Below, one piece after another: positions 13,081-25,809 of a stretch of DNA of 64,000 bases. Under the pieces are notes generated by a model. It saw only the letters and a program-made list of their open reading frames with translations, ran no database searches and was not told where the DNA came from. The translations under genes were made by a program, and so were the position numbers. The stretch's first letter is position 1. The number at the start of each line of letters is the position of its first letter. Source of the DNA: Octopus sinensis (lineage: Eukaryota); contig NC_042998.1 in the NCBI RefSeq assembly GCF_006345805.1, forward strand, positions 51,584,001-51,648,000, given 5' to 3'.

Positions 13081-14440
13081 CGGCAGAAGCCTGAACTACA
13101 ACGGGCTTGTCTCTCAGAGAACGTTTTCAGTTATACATATATATATATATATACATACTGCGTTAGATTAACCGTTAAGCAAAATAAGCACGCGGTTAAG
13201 GCATCAAGGAAAGTGGGGGGAACCGCAGAAATGGTAAATGTTTTGCGGCACAAAACAAATCAGATGTGAGTTACGTAAGATTAATTTTGAGTATCTGATC
13301 AAAGACTTTGTAGTGGATCTTGCATGCATGAAGTGGATTCGATCTACCATAACCAAATTTAAATTAACACTCTTTTCCCACAGTGGAACAATGGTTTTTC
13401 TCTGACAGCAGTTTTACATTCTCCAGATGCCTTTAGCTAGGCCGAAATAATGTCTTCACCACTTGACCCTTTCTAATCTCTTCTACTTCACCAAAAACTA
13501 GAATAGGGATAACAAGACCACCAACTAAATCTATTGTTCTCAATGATATATCAATCCTTCTGGATAGTTATAAAAGCAAGCACACCCCAAGCAAAAAAAA
13601 AACAGTTAGTCACAGTCGGTGACGACTCAACCAAGTAGTCACTTGGCGACAACTGAGCGAGGCAGCTCGTGACGACTTAATTAGCTAGGGAACGGACTGC
13701 TAGAATCATGATCACAAGGAATGCCTCTACAAAAGATAATGGTCAGTGACAGAAATTAAATTTACTGTCAGCAACTGTGAGACAACACTCTACAACACTC
13801 ACTAGCTCTAATTCTGTTCTCTTACAACATCATTCTATCTCTCTCCGCAATTACTACTAAACCATGAATAGAACACAAACTTTACTTCGCATGCTTTTGG
13901 ATTTATCATAATCTGCCCGTCGAGGCAAGGTATTGTAACGTAACAGTAAATAAATACTTTCTTAAAACTTCATGCATTGTCCATCTTTCACATCTTACAA
14001 CTTGCCGTCATAACAACAAATTTTTGTGGTTACAACTACTGACTCCAACATTTCATAATATTGTGTTGCTAATCAATCTTATCCGTTACAATTGGTAACT
14101 ATACTAATTAAAACTTTATCGTTACAACTTTACAATTTAGAAAAGTAGGGAAAAAAACTTTAAAAATAATCAGAATATAAATAGAGTAGAAGTATAATTT
14201 CTATAATTTATATATATATATATAGATATATATATAGATATATATATAGATATATATATATATATATATAATATATATATAAGAAAGTTGGTTTGTGAAA
14301 GCACGTGGGTGAATATATCGAAAATAGTAGAGTGAAAAAAACGACAGAAGGCTTGAATGTTAAAAAATATATATATTGCGTCAATATGTCTGAAGAATAG
14401 AAAATTTAAAAAAAAATTTTTTTTCCTCCTTATAATGACA

Positions 14441-14548
14441 TAAATTAAAAGAAATACCGGTTTCGCGCGTAGCTTTTCAAAATTCTTGTGAAAAGCTACG
14501 CGCGAATTTTGAAAAGCTACGCGCGAAACCGGTATTTCTTTTAATTTA
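14441..14548. repeat. Perfect 45-bp-arm fold-back with a duplicated arm fragment in the loop
   Basis: TAAATTAAAAGAAATACCGGTTTCGCGCGTAGCTTTTCAAAATTC and its reverse complement; GAAAAGCTACGCGCGAA is repeated in the loop. Confidence 0.9.
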
Positions 14549-14569
14549 CAACCTACTCTACTATTTTCG

Positions 14570-14651
<82 letters not shown>

Positions 14652-15447
14652 TAGATATAGATATAGATATAGATATAGATATATATATATAGATATATCG
14701 TAAATATAAGAGAGTTAACCTATTTAACGTTAACTCTCTTATATTTACGGATAAATATGTATCGTCTCCCTGGTTTGTTATGTGCTAGGTCGCTTGGTGT
14801 TAAAATAAGGGTATTATTAAATTGATATCTAATTTTTCACCCTCATTTTTTAATATATATATATATAGTATATATATATATATATACTTAGATACATATA
14901 TATACACGTACACACACACATACACATATGTATTGAGAAAAGGGTAAAAGTGCGTCAAGTATTTTTTATACACATATATATTTTTCGTGTAATTAAATTC
15001 TTAAACATTAGTGGGGAATAGATTTACTCTATGAATCCATAAGAATGAAAATAAAAGTACAAAGATACGTTTTCCCACAATAAATGTTTACGGAACATAG
15101 TTTAGCAAAAAATATATTGGGGTACATATTCATAAGATTAGTTTGACATATATAATACAAGGGAAAAGGAGAGAAGGAAGATAAGGTGATAGATGTTACT
15201 TCAAGTATTTTTTATAGGAAAATTTTTATGTATATGCATATTTGTGTGTTGTGGCAAAAAAAAAAGCTTCTGTAGTAGAAAAAAAATCATATATAACTGA
15301 CCAGGGTCCGGTTTACGCTGATCTTCAGCTTTTCAAATTTAAAACCTCGTTTGGATTAATGAATACGTAGGCATATCGCTTATGACATTTCCAAAACAAG
15401 AAAATGTGTGTGTATGTCTATGTATATATGTGTATGTTTGTGTATAA

Positions 15448-15536
<89 letters not shown>

Positions 15537-16568
15537 AATGCAGTAGGATCAGGTGAGTGATAGTGGTTAAAAGCAATTCGTTAATCTCTAACATAAACAT
15601 GGCCTCGTAAAGAAAAAGATGACTCAATAATTCATCGACAAAATCTATTGCTCAATGCATTAAACACACTTTGTCTCACGTCGAGACTAGACAGAAAATT
15701 CAGATTAGATGACAGAAGCTATACAACTCCATTTTGGAAGCAATAAACGTTGATTATAATTCGATAAGCAAATCTGTAAATAAATGAGATGGAAGAGTTA
15801 AAGCTGTTTCACTACAGCTGTTTCAAAAACACTTTTTCATCAAGTACATACGGCGGTGTGGTTGAAAACAGTCCGCCGTTGTAATAGAGAATGCAACAGA
15901 AGCCAGACAAGCAGAAAGAATAAAAAAAATGTGGAAGTGTAGACTGGAATCGGTAAAGAACAAATTGTGTGCCCTACTCACCGATTATCTTAGTAAGATA
16001 GATAAATAGATAGTGGTGAGGTTTCATTTCGTTATCAACATACTTCAATTATTGTAGTGGCTACAGTCGATTATAATCTCATTAATATATATATATATAT
16101 GGCGTCAATAATAGATAGCCGGTGCAATGAAATCTGGAATATTTACTGCTTAGGATAGATTAATATAGCTAATAAAAGGTCCTGTAGAGCGGGAAAAACC
16201 AGGAAGAGGAAAAATGAGGAAATGACGATGGAAAACGAAAACGTATAAGGACAAAATAATGTGATGGCAGTAATTTTATTTGTTTGCATACATGCATGCA
16301 TATGCTAGTACACACACACACACACAAATGAAACTTCATAGATGTACGCATATGAAGCATATATATATATAAAGAATATGAGGGGCTTCGTTCACTGGTG
16401 ATCTAAACGAAAAGGGGGAAAACGGACATGCTAGCCTATCACTTAGGATATCCCAGAAACAGCTGTAGGACATCAAATTTACCCTAATTAGATTATTCTA
16501 TATGACTTGAGATACTCATACTACCTTGGTTTTTGTTGTGCTTTTTCCCCAATATAATATATATACAT

Positions 16569-16697
16569 ATGGTTCCGGGTTCAGTCCCACTGCGTGGCAT
16601 CTTGGGCAAATGTCTTCTGCTATAGCCTCGGGCCGACCAATGCTTTGTGAGTGGATTTGGTAGACGGAAACTGAAAGAAGCCTGTCGTATATATGTA

Positions 16698-16780
<83 letters not shown>

Positions 16781-16992
16781 GGGGGGTTGTGTGTTTGTGT
16801 TTGTCCCCTAGCATTGCTTGACAACCGATGCTGGTGTGTTTACGTCCCCGTCACTTAGCGGTTGGCAAAAGAGACTGATAGAATAAGTACTGGGCTTACA
16901 AAGAATAAGTCCCGGGGTCGATTTGATCGACTAAAGGCGGTGCTCCAGCATGGCCGCAGTCAAATGACTGAAACAAGTAAAAGAGTAAAAGA
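16569..16992 (+). mobile_element. SINE family B, 5'-truncated
   Basis: Begins at ATGGTTCCGGGTTCAGTCCC; internal (TA)n; standard tail. Confidence 0.85.
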
Positions 16993-16997
16993 GATAT

Positions 16998-17077
<80 letters not shown>

Positions 17078-17261
17078 TTTATTTCCCGTTCGTCGGACAG
17101 TTTTGTTAACAAAACTGTCCTATAAACGGGAACGTGAAACTCTGAGTAACAGCTTTTGTTATATTTTCTGCTGCTTTTAAATAAAGCATATTACTCTACC
17201 TCTGGTATTTGAGTACTCTTTTTTCCACCTTGTTTCGCATTTATGTGCTTACTCCGGTGTG

Positions 17262-17800
<539 letters not shown>

Positions 17801-18625
17801 ATACGTACGTACGTACATACATACATATATACATACATACGTATTCTTAGATATACACACGGTATAGATACGAAATATGTATCTATATACCCGTTGCACG
17901 TGCATATACTAAAAACCTGAAATGAAATATAGGTATAGGTACATACAGACATAGTCATAAATCTTTACAAATGAATTCCATCGTAAGATATTAAAGTAAT
18001 GGTATAATATGAAGTACACACATACACGCATGTATGTATGTATGTATGTATGTATGTATGTATGTATGTATGTATGTATGTATGTATGTATGAATGTATG
18101 TGTCAGGTCACTTTCGAGTGCTACTGGTAACATGTAACCTAAACTGGCAATCCCACTAAGCTCGCTTGGTGAGGAGGGTGTTTATTGGACACCCTGCGGG
18201 ATGAAAAACAAAACCCGTCAAAGGGCGGAGGAACTCTTGAGAGTCAACGGCCATCCAATAAATGTCTTAAGGATATATCATGCGCGGAGACATAGAAATA
18301 ATCAGACTGAATACCTGATCGCGCGGTTAAGCCATTGGGAGTGAAGGACTCCTAGCCTTTGTTAGGGCATCCTTCAAGGAGAAGGTAACTCAGGTAACTA
18401 GGATAACTCCGACATAAAACCTGCGGCTCAGTGGTTACCGATGATGTTGACTTGTTCTTCTTTTCGGATTATGGCTGCTGTTGCTTAGTGAGTGGGATTG
18501 ACTCAGTGCACAGTCTTTCCTTTCTTTAAAAAAAATCTTCTTGCACAGGCATTGTACGATAACAACATTGATTAAGCTTCGTGCAATGGCCATACTCGAT
18601 AACGAGGGGGCAGCCACCATGTATG

Positions 18626-18659
<34 letters not shown>

Positions 18660-19073
18660 TGTATGTATGTATGTATGTATGTATGATAGAAACATACATG
18701 CATGGAGACGTATACTGGAAGTTAATTAAAGGTAATGGCAGAAATGGCGAATCATGCAACAAAAATGCTGAAATGAGTCAGGTGAAGAAAGTTTCATGTA
18801 TAGTTATAGACGAACGAATTTATTCACACAAAAAGCAAGCACACTCACAAATAGGTGCATTCAGAGCTGTTATGCAATAGTAAAACTAAGCATGAAAACA
18901 TGTAGGTAGTAAATGATAGGATATAAGAAGGCTCAGGGTAGTTGGAGAGTAACCGAAGTAATAAGTTAGCTATCAAGAGCGAAATGTATTGGAAGTGTAC
19001 TAATCTCAGACAGGTAACATACAGGAGTAATGTAGAGTCCAGAGTTTGATATAGTTAATAAACTTAAGTGGAA

Positions 19074-19460
19074 AAGGCGGCGAGCTGTCAGAAACGATAG
19101 CACGCCGGGCGAAATGCGTAGCCGTATTTCGTCTGCCGTTACGTTCGGAGTTCAAATTCCGCCGAGGTCAACTTTGCCTTTCATCCTTTGGGGGTCGATA
19201 AATTAAGTACCAGTTACGCACTGGGGTCGATGTAATCGACTTAATCCATTTGTCTGTCCTTGTTTGTCCTCTCTGTGTTTAGCCCCTTGTGGGTAGTAAA
19301 GAAATAGGTATTTCGCCGTCTTTATGTTCCGCCGAGGTCGACTTTGCTTTTCATTCTTTCGGGGTCGATAAATTAAGTACCACTTGCGTACTGGGGTCGA
19401 TCTAATCGACTGGCCCCACACTCCAAAAATTTCGGGCCTTGTGCCTAGAATAGAAAAGAA
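19074..19460 (+). mobile_element. SINE family A dimer (full unit plus partial second unit)
   Basis: The full unit ends AAAGAAATA and is followed directly by GGTATTTCG and a second body. Confidence 0.85.
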
Positions 19461-19904
19461 TAAAATTAAGTAAAAAGTCTACCAAAGAACATTATAATTA
19501 CGCTAAATAATGTTAAATAGATAAAGGACGGACCTAGAGGCGTGACAAGGCGAGATTTCTTACGAAATTTTCGGAAACTACAAATAAACAGTGACGGGAC
19601 TGTTTTAAGGGACTTGGGAATGTAGCAGAGAAAGGTATTGCGTTATTTGTGTATACATCTAATGAGTTATCTCTTGGGAGAAAGTGAATTTCTTTAAGAA
19701 GTTATCATTAATTACAGATTAGGAGAGTTTAATTTGTAATGTTAAATGGGAAGACAAGAAATTAAAATATATGTATTTGTATTCATTAGATTCTCTAAGT
19801 CACCTTTATTTCATTGAGTCCATGGAGACGAGCAGGCAGAATCGTTAGTACGTCAGAAAAAATGCTTAGTGACATTACTTCCGGTTTACATTCTGAGTTC
19901 AAAT

Positions 19905-20268
19905 TATTCAAGCTAAGGCAAGCCACACGAAATATTAACAATGTACAGTAACTTCATGAAATGAACATTATACTATATAAAAAATTTTCATTATAGACTT
20001 TTTTGTGAGTGTTTGTTTTAAAACACTGTATCTGGTTTATGCGAAGTGGCCGAAAACTTTTGCATGGTCATTTTTGGTGGTCATGTTGCATCTTACCCTC
20101 TCATTCAGAACCCCCATTACAAAATATAATGATTAGGTATGGAAATGACTCCAACAGAGCCAATGTTTCATCTGTAAAAAATGCAATGCGAAACATCCAA
20201 TTAATAAGCTGGTAATTAGTAGAAAATTACATTAGTTTAAACCGGGCGAAGGCTTTTGCAGGGTACTG
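19905..20268 (+). mobile_element. 3' end fragment of a Tc1 transposon (same family as 28474-29557)
   Basis: Encodes QAKASHTKY*, then the long TIR ending GGTACTG|TA. Confidence 0.8.
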
Positions 20269-20294
20269 TAATATATATATATATATATATATAC

Positions 20295-20390
<96 letters not shown>

Positions 20391-20431
20391 TTATATTTAT
20401 ATAATCAAAATAAGCAACAGAATATCAAGAG

Positions 20432-20589
20432 GTGATGCACATTATTTGCATTATTTACATTTGACGGATATTTGTCCTCATCTTGTTTGTTGTTAACACA
20501 ATGTTTCGGTTGATATACCCTCCAGCCTTCTTCAGTATGTCTTGGGGGAAATTTCGAACCTAGGTTCTCATTCCTAAGCTATTTTTCGA

Positions 20590-20638
<49 letters not shown>

Positions 20639-20641
20639 GTT

Positions 20642-20672
<31 letters not shown>

Positions 20673-20752
20673 CTCAGGTCACTGCTTGGAATCGAACTCG
20701 GAATCTGGGGTTAGTAGCCCGCGCTCTTATCCACTACGCCATATGCTCGTGG
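20432..20752 (-). mobile_element. tRNA-headed SINE (family D) with internal (AAT/AAC)n and a hammerhead-like motif
   Basis: On the minus strand: A-box TGGCGTAGTGG, B-box GAGTTCGATTCC, then CTGAAGAAGGCTG...CAACCGAAACATTGTGTT, and an AAATAATG tail. Confidence 0.75.
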
Positions 20753-20974
20753 GCATATGGCGATGTGGTGATGCTGTACGACCGTTTCATGCGACTCCAT
20801 TTAATTGAACAATGCAATCATTACATCAATTTAAATGCATGCTATCTTCAGCTGCATCACCTCATGATATCTTGTACTTGATATCCTCGTACTGCAGCAC
20901 CTTTCGATATCCTGTTGTTTATTTTGATTTTATTCACCTTACTTTGAGTTGTACGGACAATATCGCTCTGACTT

Positions 20975-21206
20975 ATTTCTTTATTGCCCACAAGGGGCTA
21001 AACATAGAAGGAATAAACAAGGACAGACAAAGGGATTAAGTCGATTAGATCGACTCCAGTGCGTAACTGATACTTAATTTATCGACCCCGAAATGATGAA
21101 AGGCAAAGTCGACCTCGGCGGAATTTGAACTCAGAACGTAACGGCAGACGAAATACGGTTACGCATTTCGCTCGGCGTGCTAACGATTCTGCCAGTTCGC
21201 CGCCTT
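20975..21206 (-). mobile_element. SINE family A with 17-bp TSD
   Basis: TSD CAATATCGCTCTGACTT (20958-20974) and CAATACTGCTCTGACTT (21207-21223). Confidence 0.9.
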
Positions 21207-21345
21207 CAATACTGCTCTGACTTGGTGCTTCAACTTAAGTACCTAATTCAACCGAATCTCAATTATTTCTTATATAAATATATAGCTTCGAGCTGACCAA
21301 AGCCTTGTGCGTGGATTTGGTAAACGGAAACTGACAGAAGCCCGT

Positions 21346-21421
<76 letters not shown>

Positions 21422-22402
21422 TGTGTGTAAAATGCCTGATAAAAGGAAAAACTGGGATTGTCGGTAAAAAAAAAATGAAAACACTAAATCGGCTTTTCAG
21501 ATATTTTTAGTACTTTTGGAGACTCAGCTGCTTCCCCAGCCATATGGTGTCGTGTTGTGGGACTGATCCCAGAACCATGTGGTTAGGAAGAAGTTTCTTA
21601 CCACACAGCCACGACTGAGTCTTCTAAAAGTACTAAAAAATATCTGAAATGCCGATTTAGTGTTTTCATTTTTATTTATTTATTTATTTTTTTACCGGCA
21701 ATCCCAGTTTTTCCTTTCACTTTTATCAGGCAGTTTACTTTTACTTATTACCGGAAAGTTCACAGAAAAGCTGTACCACAAGACATTTATAGTATTTGAC
21801 ACTCAGCCATCCCAGCTGTAACGCAAGTAAGTAGTACACAAAACAACTGACTATAGTATATATATACACTGAAAATAACTGGTCAGAACGGGTTCTAGAG
21901 TTCAAAATGTCTAGGTCACTGAGATATATATTACATGTATTATACGTGCCGACTGTCAGCTAGCTCTTCCGTCGTTTCATCCTCGCTCCATACTCAACTC
22001 AATTTCTCCCTTCTTTTCATTGTACATCCGACTCACTGTTGCTATTAATCTTTCTTCCACTCTTACTCTGCTACTGTTTTTCTTTTCTCACTTTCTCTTC
22101 CCTCCTCCTCCCACTACCACCAGCAGCTATCTCTATCGGTCTTTTTATAAACATATGCTCATACACTCACACGCAAAACACCCGCTAGTTCACCTCACGC
22201 ACGCACTCAATCACTCACTCACTCACTCGCTCACTCACTCTCAAAATATAACACATCGCTCACGTTTATTGTTTGCTACTCACTCTCCTTTCCTATTTTC
22301 TCTCTATGTCACTCTTTCTTCCTTCCTTATAGGCACCTCTGTTAACTGTTTTACTTCCATCTCTACTCTACTCGAGAAATGCATCTGTTCATACGCGTAT
22401 GC

Positions 22403-22435
<33 letters not shown>

Positions 22436-22656
22436 TGTATGTATGTATGTATGTATGTATGTATTATGTATGTATGTATGTATGTATGTATGTATGTATG
22501 TATGTATGTATGCATGCATGTACACGCACGCTCACACATAGATACGCATCCGTACAGATAGCTAGCTAGTTAGATAGATAGAAGGCGCAGGAGTGGCTGT
22601 GTGGTATCTTGCTTACCAACCACATGGTTCCGGATTCAGTCCCACTGCCTGGCACC

Positions 22657-23190
22657 TCATTTATTGCTGCTATGATGTCAGTGGCAGTGAAGGTTATGTC
22701 TGAGATTTTATGATGGGAATCAACTTCGTTCGCTTCTCTTACGTCAATATCAGTGGGAACACTAAAGACAGAGCTGTATTGTTTCTGCAGTATTTCTGCC
22801 ATTTCTTTAACATCGTGTTGGGGAATGCCGTTATCATCAATCAATGGCCCAATGGGTGAGACAGTGGTTCTATGCTTATTTGCATAAGAATAGAACACTT
22901 TTGGGTTCTGTTTGATGTTTTTGATGACCCACTGTTCCTCCACAGCTCTTTGATTTTCAATGGAGGTTTTCATGTCGGTCTGCAGATGAAGTTTTTCCAG
23001 CTCTAGCCTTTTCATTGTTGTTGAATGTGGATGTTGTATGTGGGAATATTTTAATTGGTTGATTTTTTTTATTGAGTCTTTTGATGCGCCTGATGAGTGT
23101 TTTTTTTTCTTTTTAGGGAGCCGGTTTCTGTTTGTGTTAGTAGATTTCGTGGGAGCGTGTTTAGAGCATGTATAGGTGAGAATGTTCATA
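22657..23190 (-). pseudogene. Internal ORF2 fragment of a CR1-group LINE (endonuclease-RT linker)
   Basis: NPKVFYSYANKHRTTVSPIGPLID...EMAEILQKQYSSVFS...ISDITFTATDIIAAINE aligns by eye to the ORF at 40578-42014. Confidence 0.85.
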
Positions 23191-23208
23191 TATATATATA
23201 TATATATA

Positions 23209-23244
<36 letters not shown>

Positions 23245-23245
<1 letters not shown>

Positions 23246-23502
23246 TATAAAAATATGGTAAAGTAAAAGAATACACTTTACCACACACCGAACTTTTCAG
23301 AAATAGCAGCCAAAAATTTGGCTATTTCTTCAACTGCAAATAAAAGTCTCCAGACAATGCATACTCAGAAAAATAACTCTGAGTATGCATTGTCTGGAGA
23401 CTTTTATTTGCAGTTGAAGAAATAGCCAAATTTTTGGCTGCTATTTCTGAAAAGTTCGGTGTGTGGTAAAGTGTATTCTTTTACTTTACCATATTTTTAT
23501 AA
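23245..23502. repeat. Perfect fold-back, 125-bp arms, 8-nt loop, adjacent to (TA)n
   Basis: Arm 23245-23369 is the exact reverse complement of 23378-23502. Confidence 0.95.
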
Positions 23503-23596
23503 TTAATACTTCAAATATACCGTAAATGGTCTTTACATACCGAATACTGCTTGGTCGAATTTATTAACAATTAATTAATTCGACCCCTTTTTTGAT

Positions 23597-23642
<46 letters not shown>

Positions 23643-24082
23643 ATCAGTCTTACGACGGAGTGCTGGCAGAATCGTTAGCACACCGGGCAAAATGCGTAGC
23701 AGTATTTGGCCTATCTGTACGTTCTGAGTACATCAACCAAATCCACTCACAAGGCTTTGATCGATCCGAGCTTATAGTAGAAGACCAAGGTGCCACGCAG
23801 TGGGTCTGAACCTGAAACCATGCGACTGGAAAGCACGCTTCTTACCACACAGCCACGCACAAGTCATTTACAGTCAGTTAATAACCGATTTAAAATATTT
23901 TCTTGTTCTACTACTTTAATTCTTCATAGTATTTAAATAAAAATCTGACTTTATATTTTCCAGTAACTTGTTCTACTACTTTAATTCTTCATAGTTCCTG
24001 TAATATTCTTTCTCGTGACATTTTTTTAACACCTGATATTCCACCGCTTTACGATCTGGTATGGATTTCTTGTCTATCATCA

Positions 24083-24473
24083 TCTATAAATATATAAAGC
24101 TGAAGTTGTCTGTGTATGGCAGGTTTGGTAGCCTTCAACTAACTCTATCTGCTCCGAGACCCTGTGGCGCAAGTTGACCAAAATTGAGAGTATGATAGAA
24201 GAAGGCTTGCTCTTCCTTCCGTAGAAGAAAAAAAATTCAAATCGGACCATGTAATCACCAAAAATTATTTACATCAAAAGGTGCTTTTTTTCTATGAAAA
24301 TCCCTATTTTTTACGACTTTTTGACTGCTGTGTCGCCATTTTTCGGTGTATTTCAACTGGGAAAATGTTCACTTAAAGAGAATAACAAGCTACAAAATGA
24401 AAAGTTTTTACTTTTCAAAAAATCCAATTCTAAGGGTCGAAACAAACCGAGCAACGCCGGGCGATACTGCTAG
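24083..24473 (+). mobile_element. Non-autonomous Helitron
   Basis: A|TCTATAAATATATAAAG 5' end; 3' CCGAGCAACGCCGGG hairpin and CTAG|T. Confidence 0.85.
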
Positions 24474-25424
24474 TTGTTGTTAAAGCTTAATTTCTAACGT
24501 GTCATTTATTGTGCATTACTCTCATTCAAGCTGACAGAAAATAAGATCATGAAAAAGGAGTGAAGGTAAGCATAAAAAGGAGTTGTGGTGACTGCTAAGG
24601 AAGTCTCAGAAAAAAAATCACAGTAATAAAGTCACAATTTTGGCTAGGAAAATTGTCACGGGAAAAAAAAAGTCACAATTAATTTATAGGATCCGGGCAA
24701 ACTCCCCCCACAAGGACAACCCCCTCTCCCGCCCCGGACAAAACTCCTGTGACTTTTTTTTACCTAGATTCGTGAAGAGGTTAGACAGAAATTAAATTTG
24801 GTGTTTTATAAAGATGCAGATTAAGAAAAAAAATTCAAATCGGACCATGTAATCACCAAAAATTATTTACATCAAAAGGTGCTTTTTTTCTATGAAAATC
24901 CCTATTTTTTACGACTTTTTGACTGCTGTGTCGCCATTTTTCGGTGTATTTCAACTGGGAAAATGTTCACTTAAAGAGAATAACAAGCTACAAAATGAAA
25001 AGTTTTTACTTTTCAAAAAATCCAATTCTAAAGGGTCGAAACAAACCCGAGCAACGCCGGGCGATACTGCTAGTTGTTGTTAAAGCTTAATTTCTAACGT
25101 GTCATTTATTGTGCATTACTCTCATTCAAGCTGACAGAAAATAAGATCATGAAAAAGGAGTGAAGGTAAGCATAAAAAGGAGTTGTGGTGACTGCTAAGG
25201 AAGTCTCAGAAAAAAAATCACAGTAATAAAGTCACAATTTTGGCTAGGAAAATTGTCACGGGAAAAAAAAAGTCACAATTAATTTATAGGATCCGGGCAA
25301 ACTCCCCCCACAAGGACAACCCCCTCTCCCGCCCCGGACAAAACTCCTGTGACTTTTTTTTACCTGGATTCGTGAAGAGGTTAGACAGAAATTAAATTTG
25401 GTGTTTTATAAAGATGCAGATTAA
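24225..25424. repeat. About 600-bp tandem duplication (Helitron 3' part plus downstream flank)
   Basis: CGGACCATG at 24243 and 24841; GCAACGCCGG at 24451 and 25051; AAGATGCAGATTA at 24811 and 25411. Confidence 0.95.
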
Positions 25425-25809
25425 AAAAAAAACTACATTGCAAAAGCGTTGAAGCTTGAAACCTTCTATAGCAACAATAGCTTGTAACATCTACGTCTAA
25501 AGCATCACTATGGCAACAGTATTTGACAATAAATATAAGATTAAGAAGCGACTCTGGATAATTTTATTTTATTTAATTATTAATCTATTTATTTATTTAT
25601 CCGTTTATTTATTTATTTGCATAGACCTGAAGTAATGCTTAAAATGGAACGCTTTTTGAGAGTGTAGGTTGGCAATCAAGCATAACGTAACCTGCCCGTA
25701 AATACAATAGTCATTCAAGCATAAATTAAAAGCTTGTATGACGATTTGAAAAAAAAAAATGAAGACACAATTTTTCCTTGCTATTTTGCTACTTTTTTTT
25801 TGTCGTGTT

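Noticed and set aside
15850-15990. Signal-peptide-like frame on the minus strand (LHFHIFFILSACLASVAFS...)
   Set aside because: No in-frame start, an upstream stop, and an implausibly short neighbouring intron.
20670-20752. Functional tRNA gene
   Set aside because: It has A/B boxes but no complete acceptor stem, and it runs into a SINE body.
24225-25424. CRISPR-like or LTR-like direct repeats
   Set aside because: There is no repeat-spacer periodicity, no TG...CA ends and no internal region; it is a plain tandem duplication in eukaryotic DNA.
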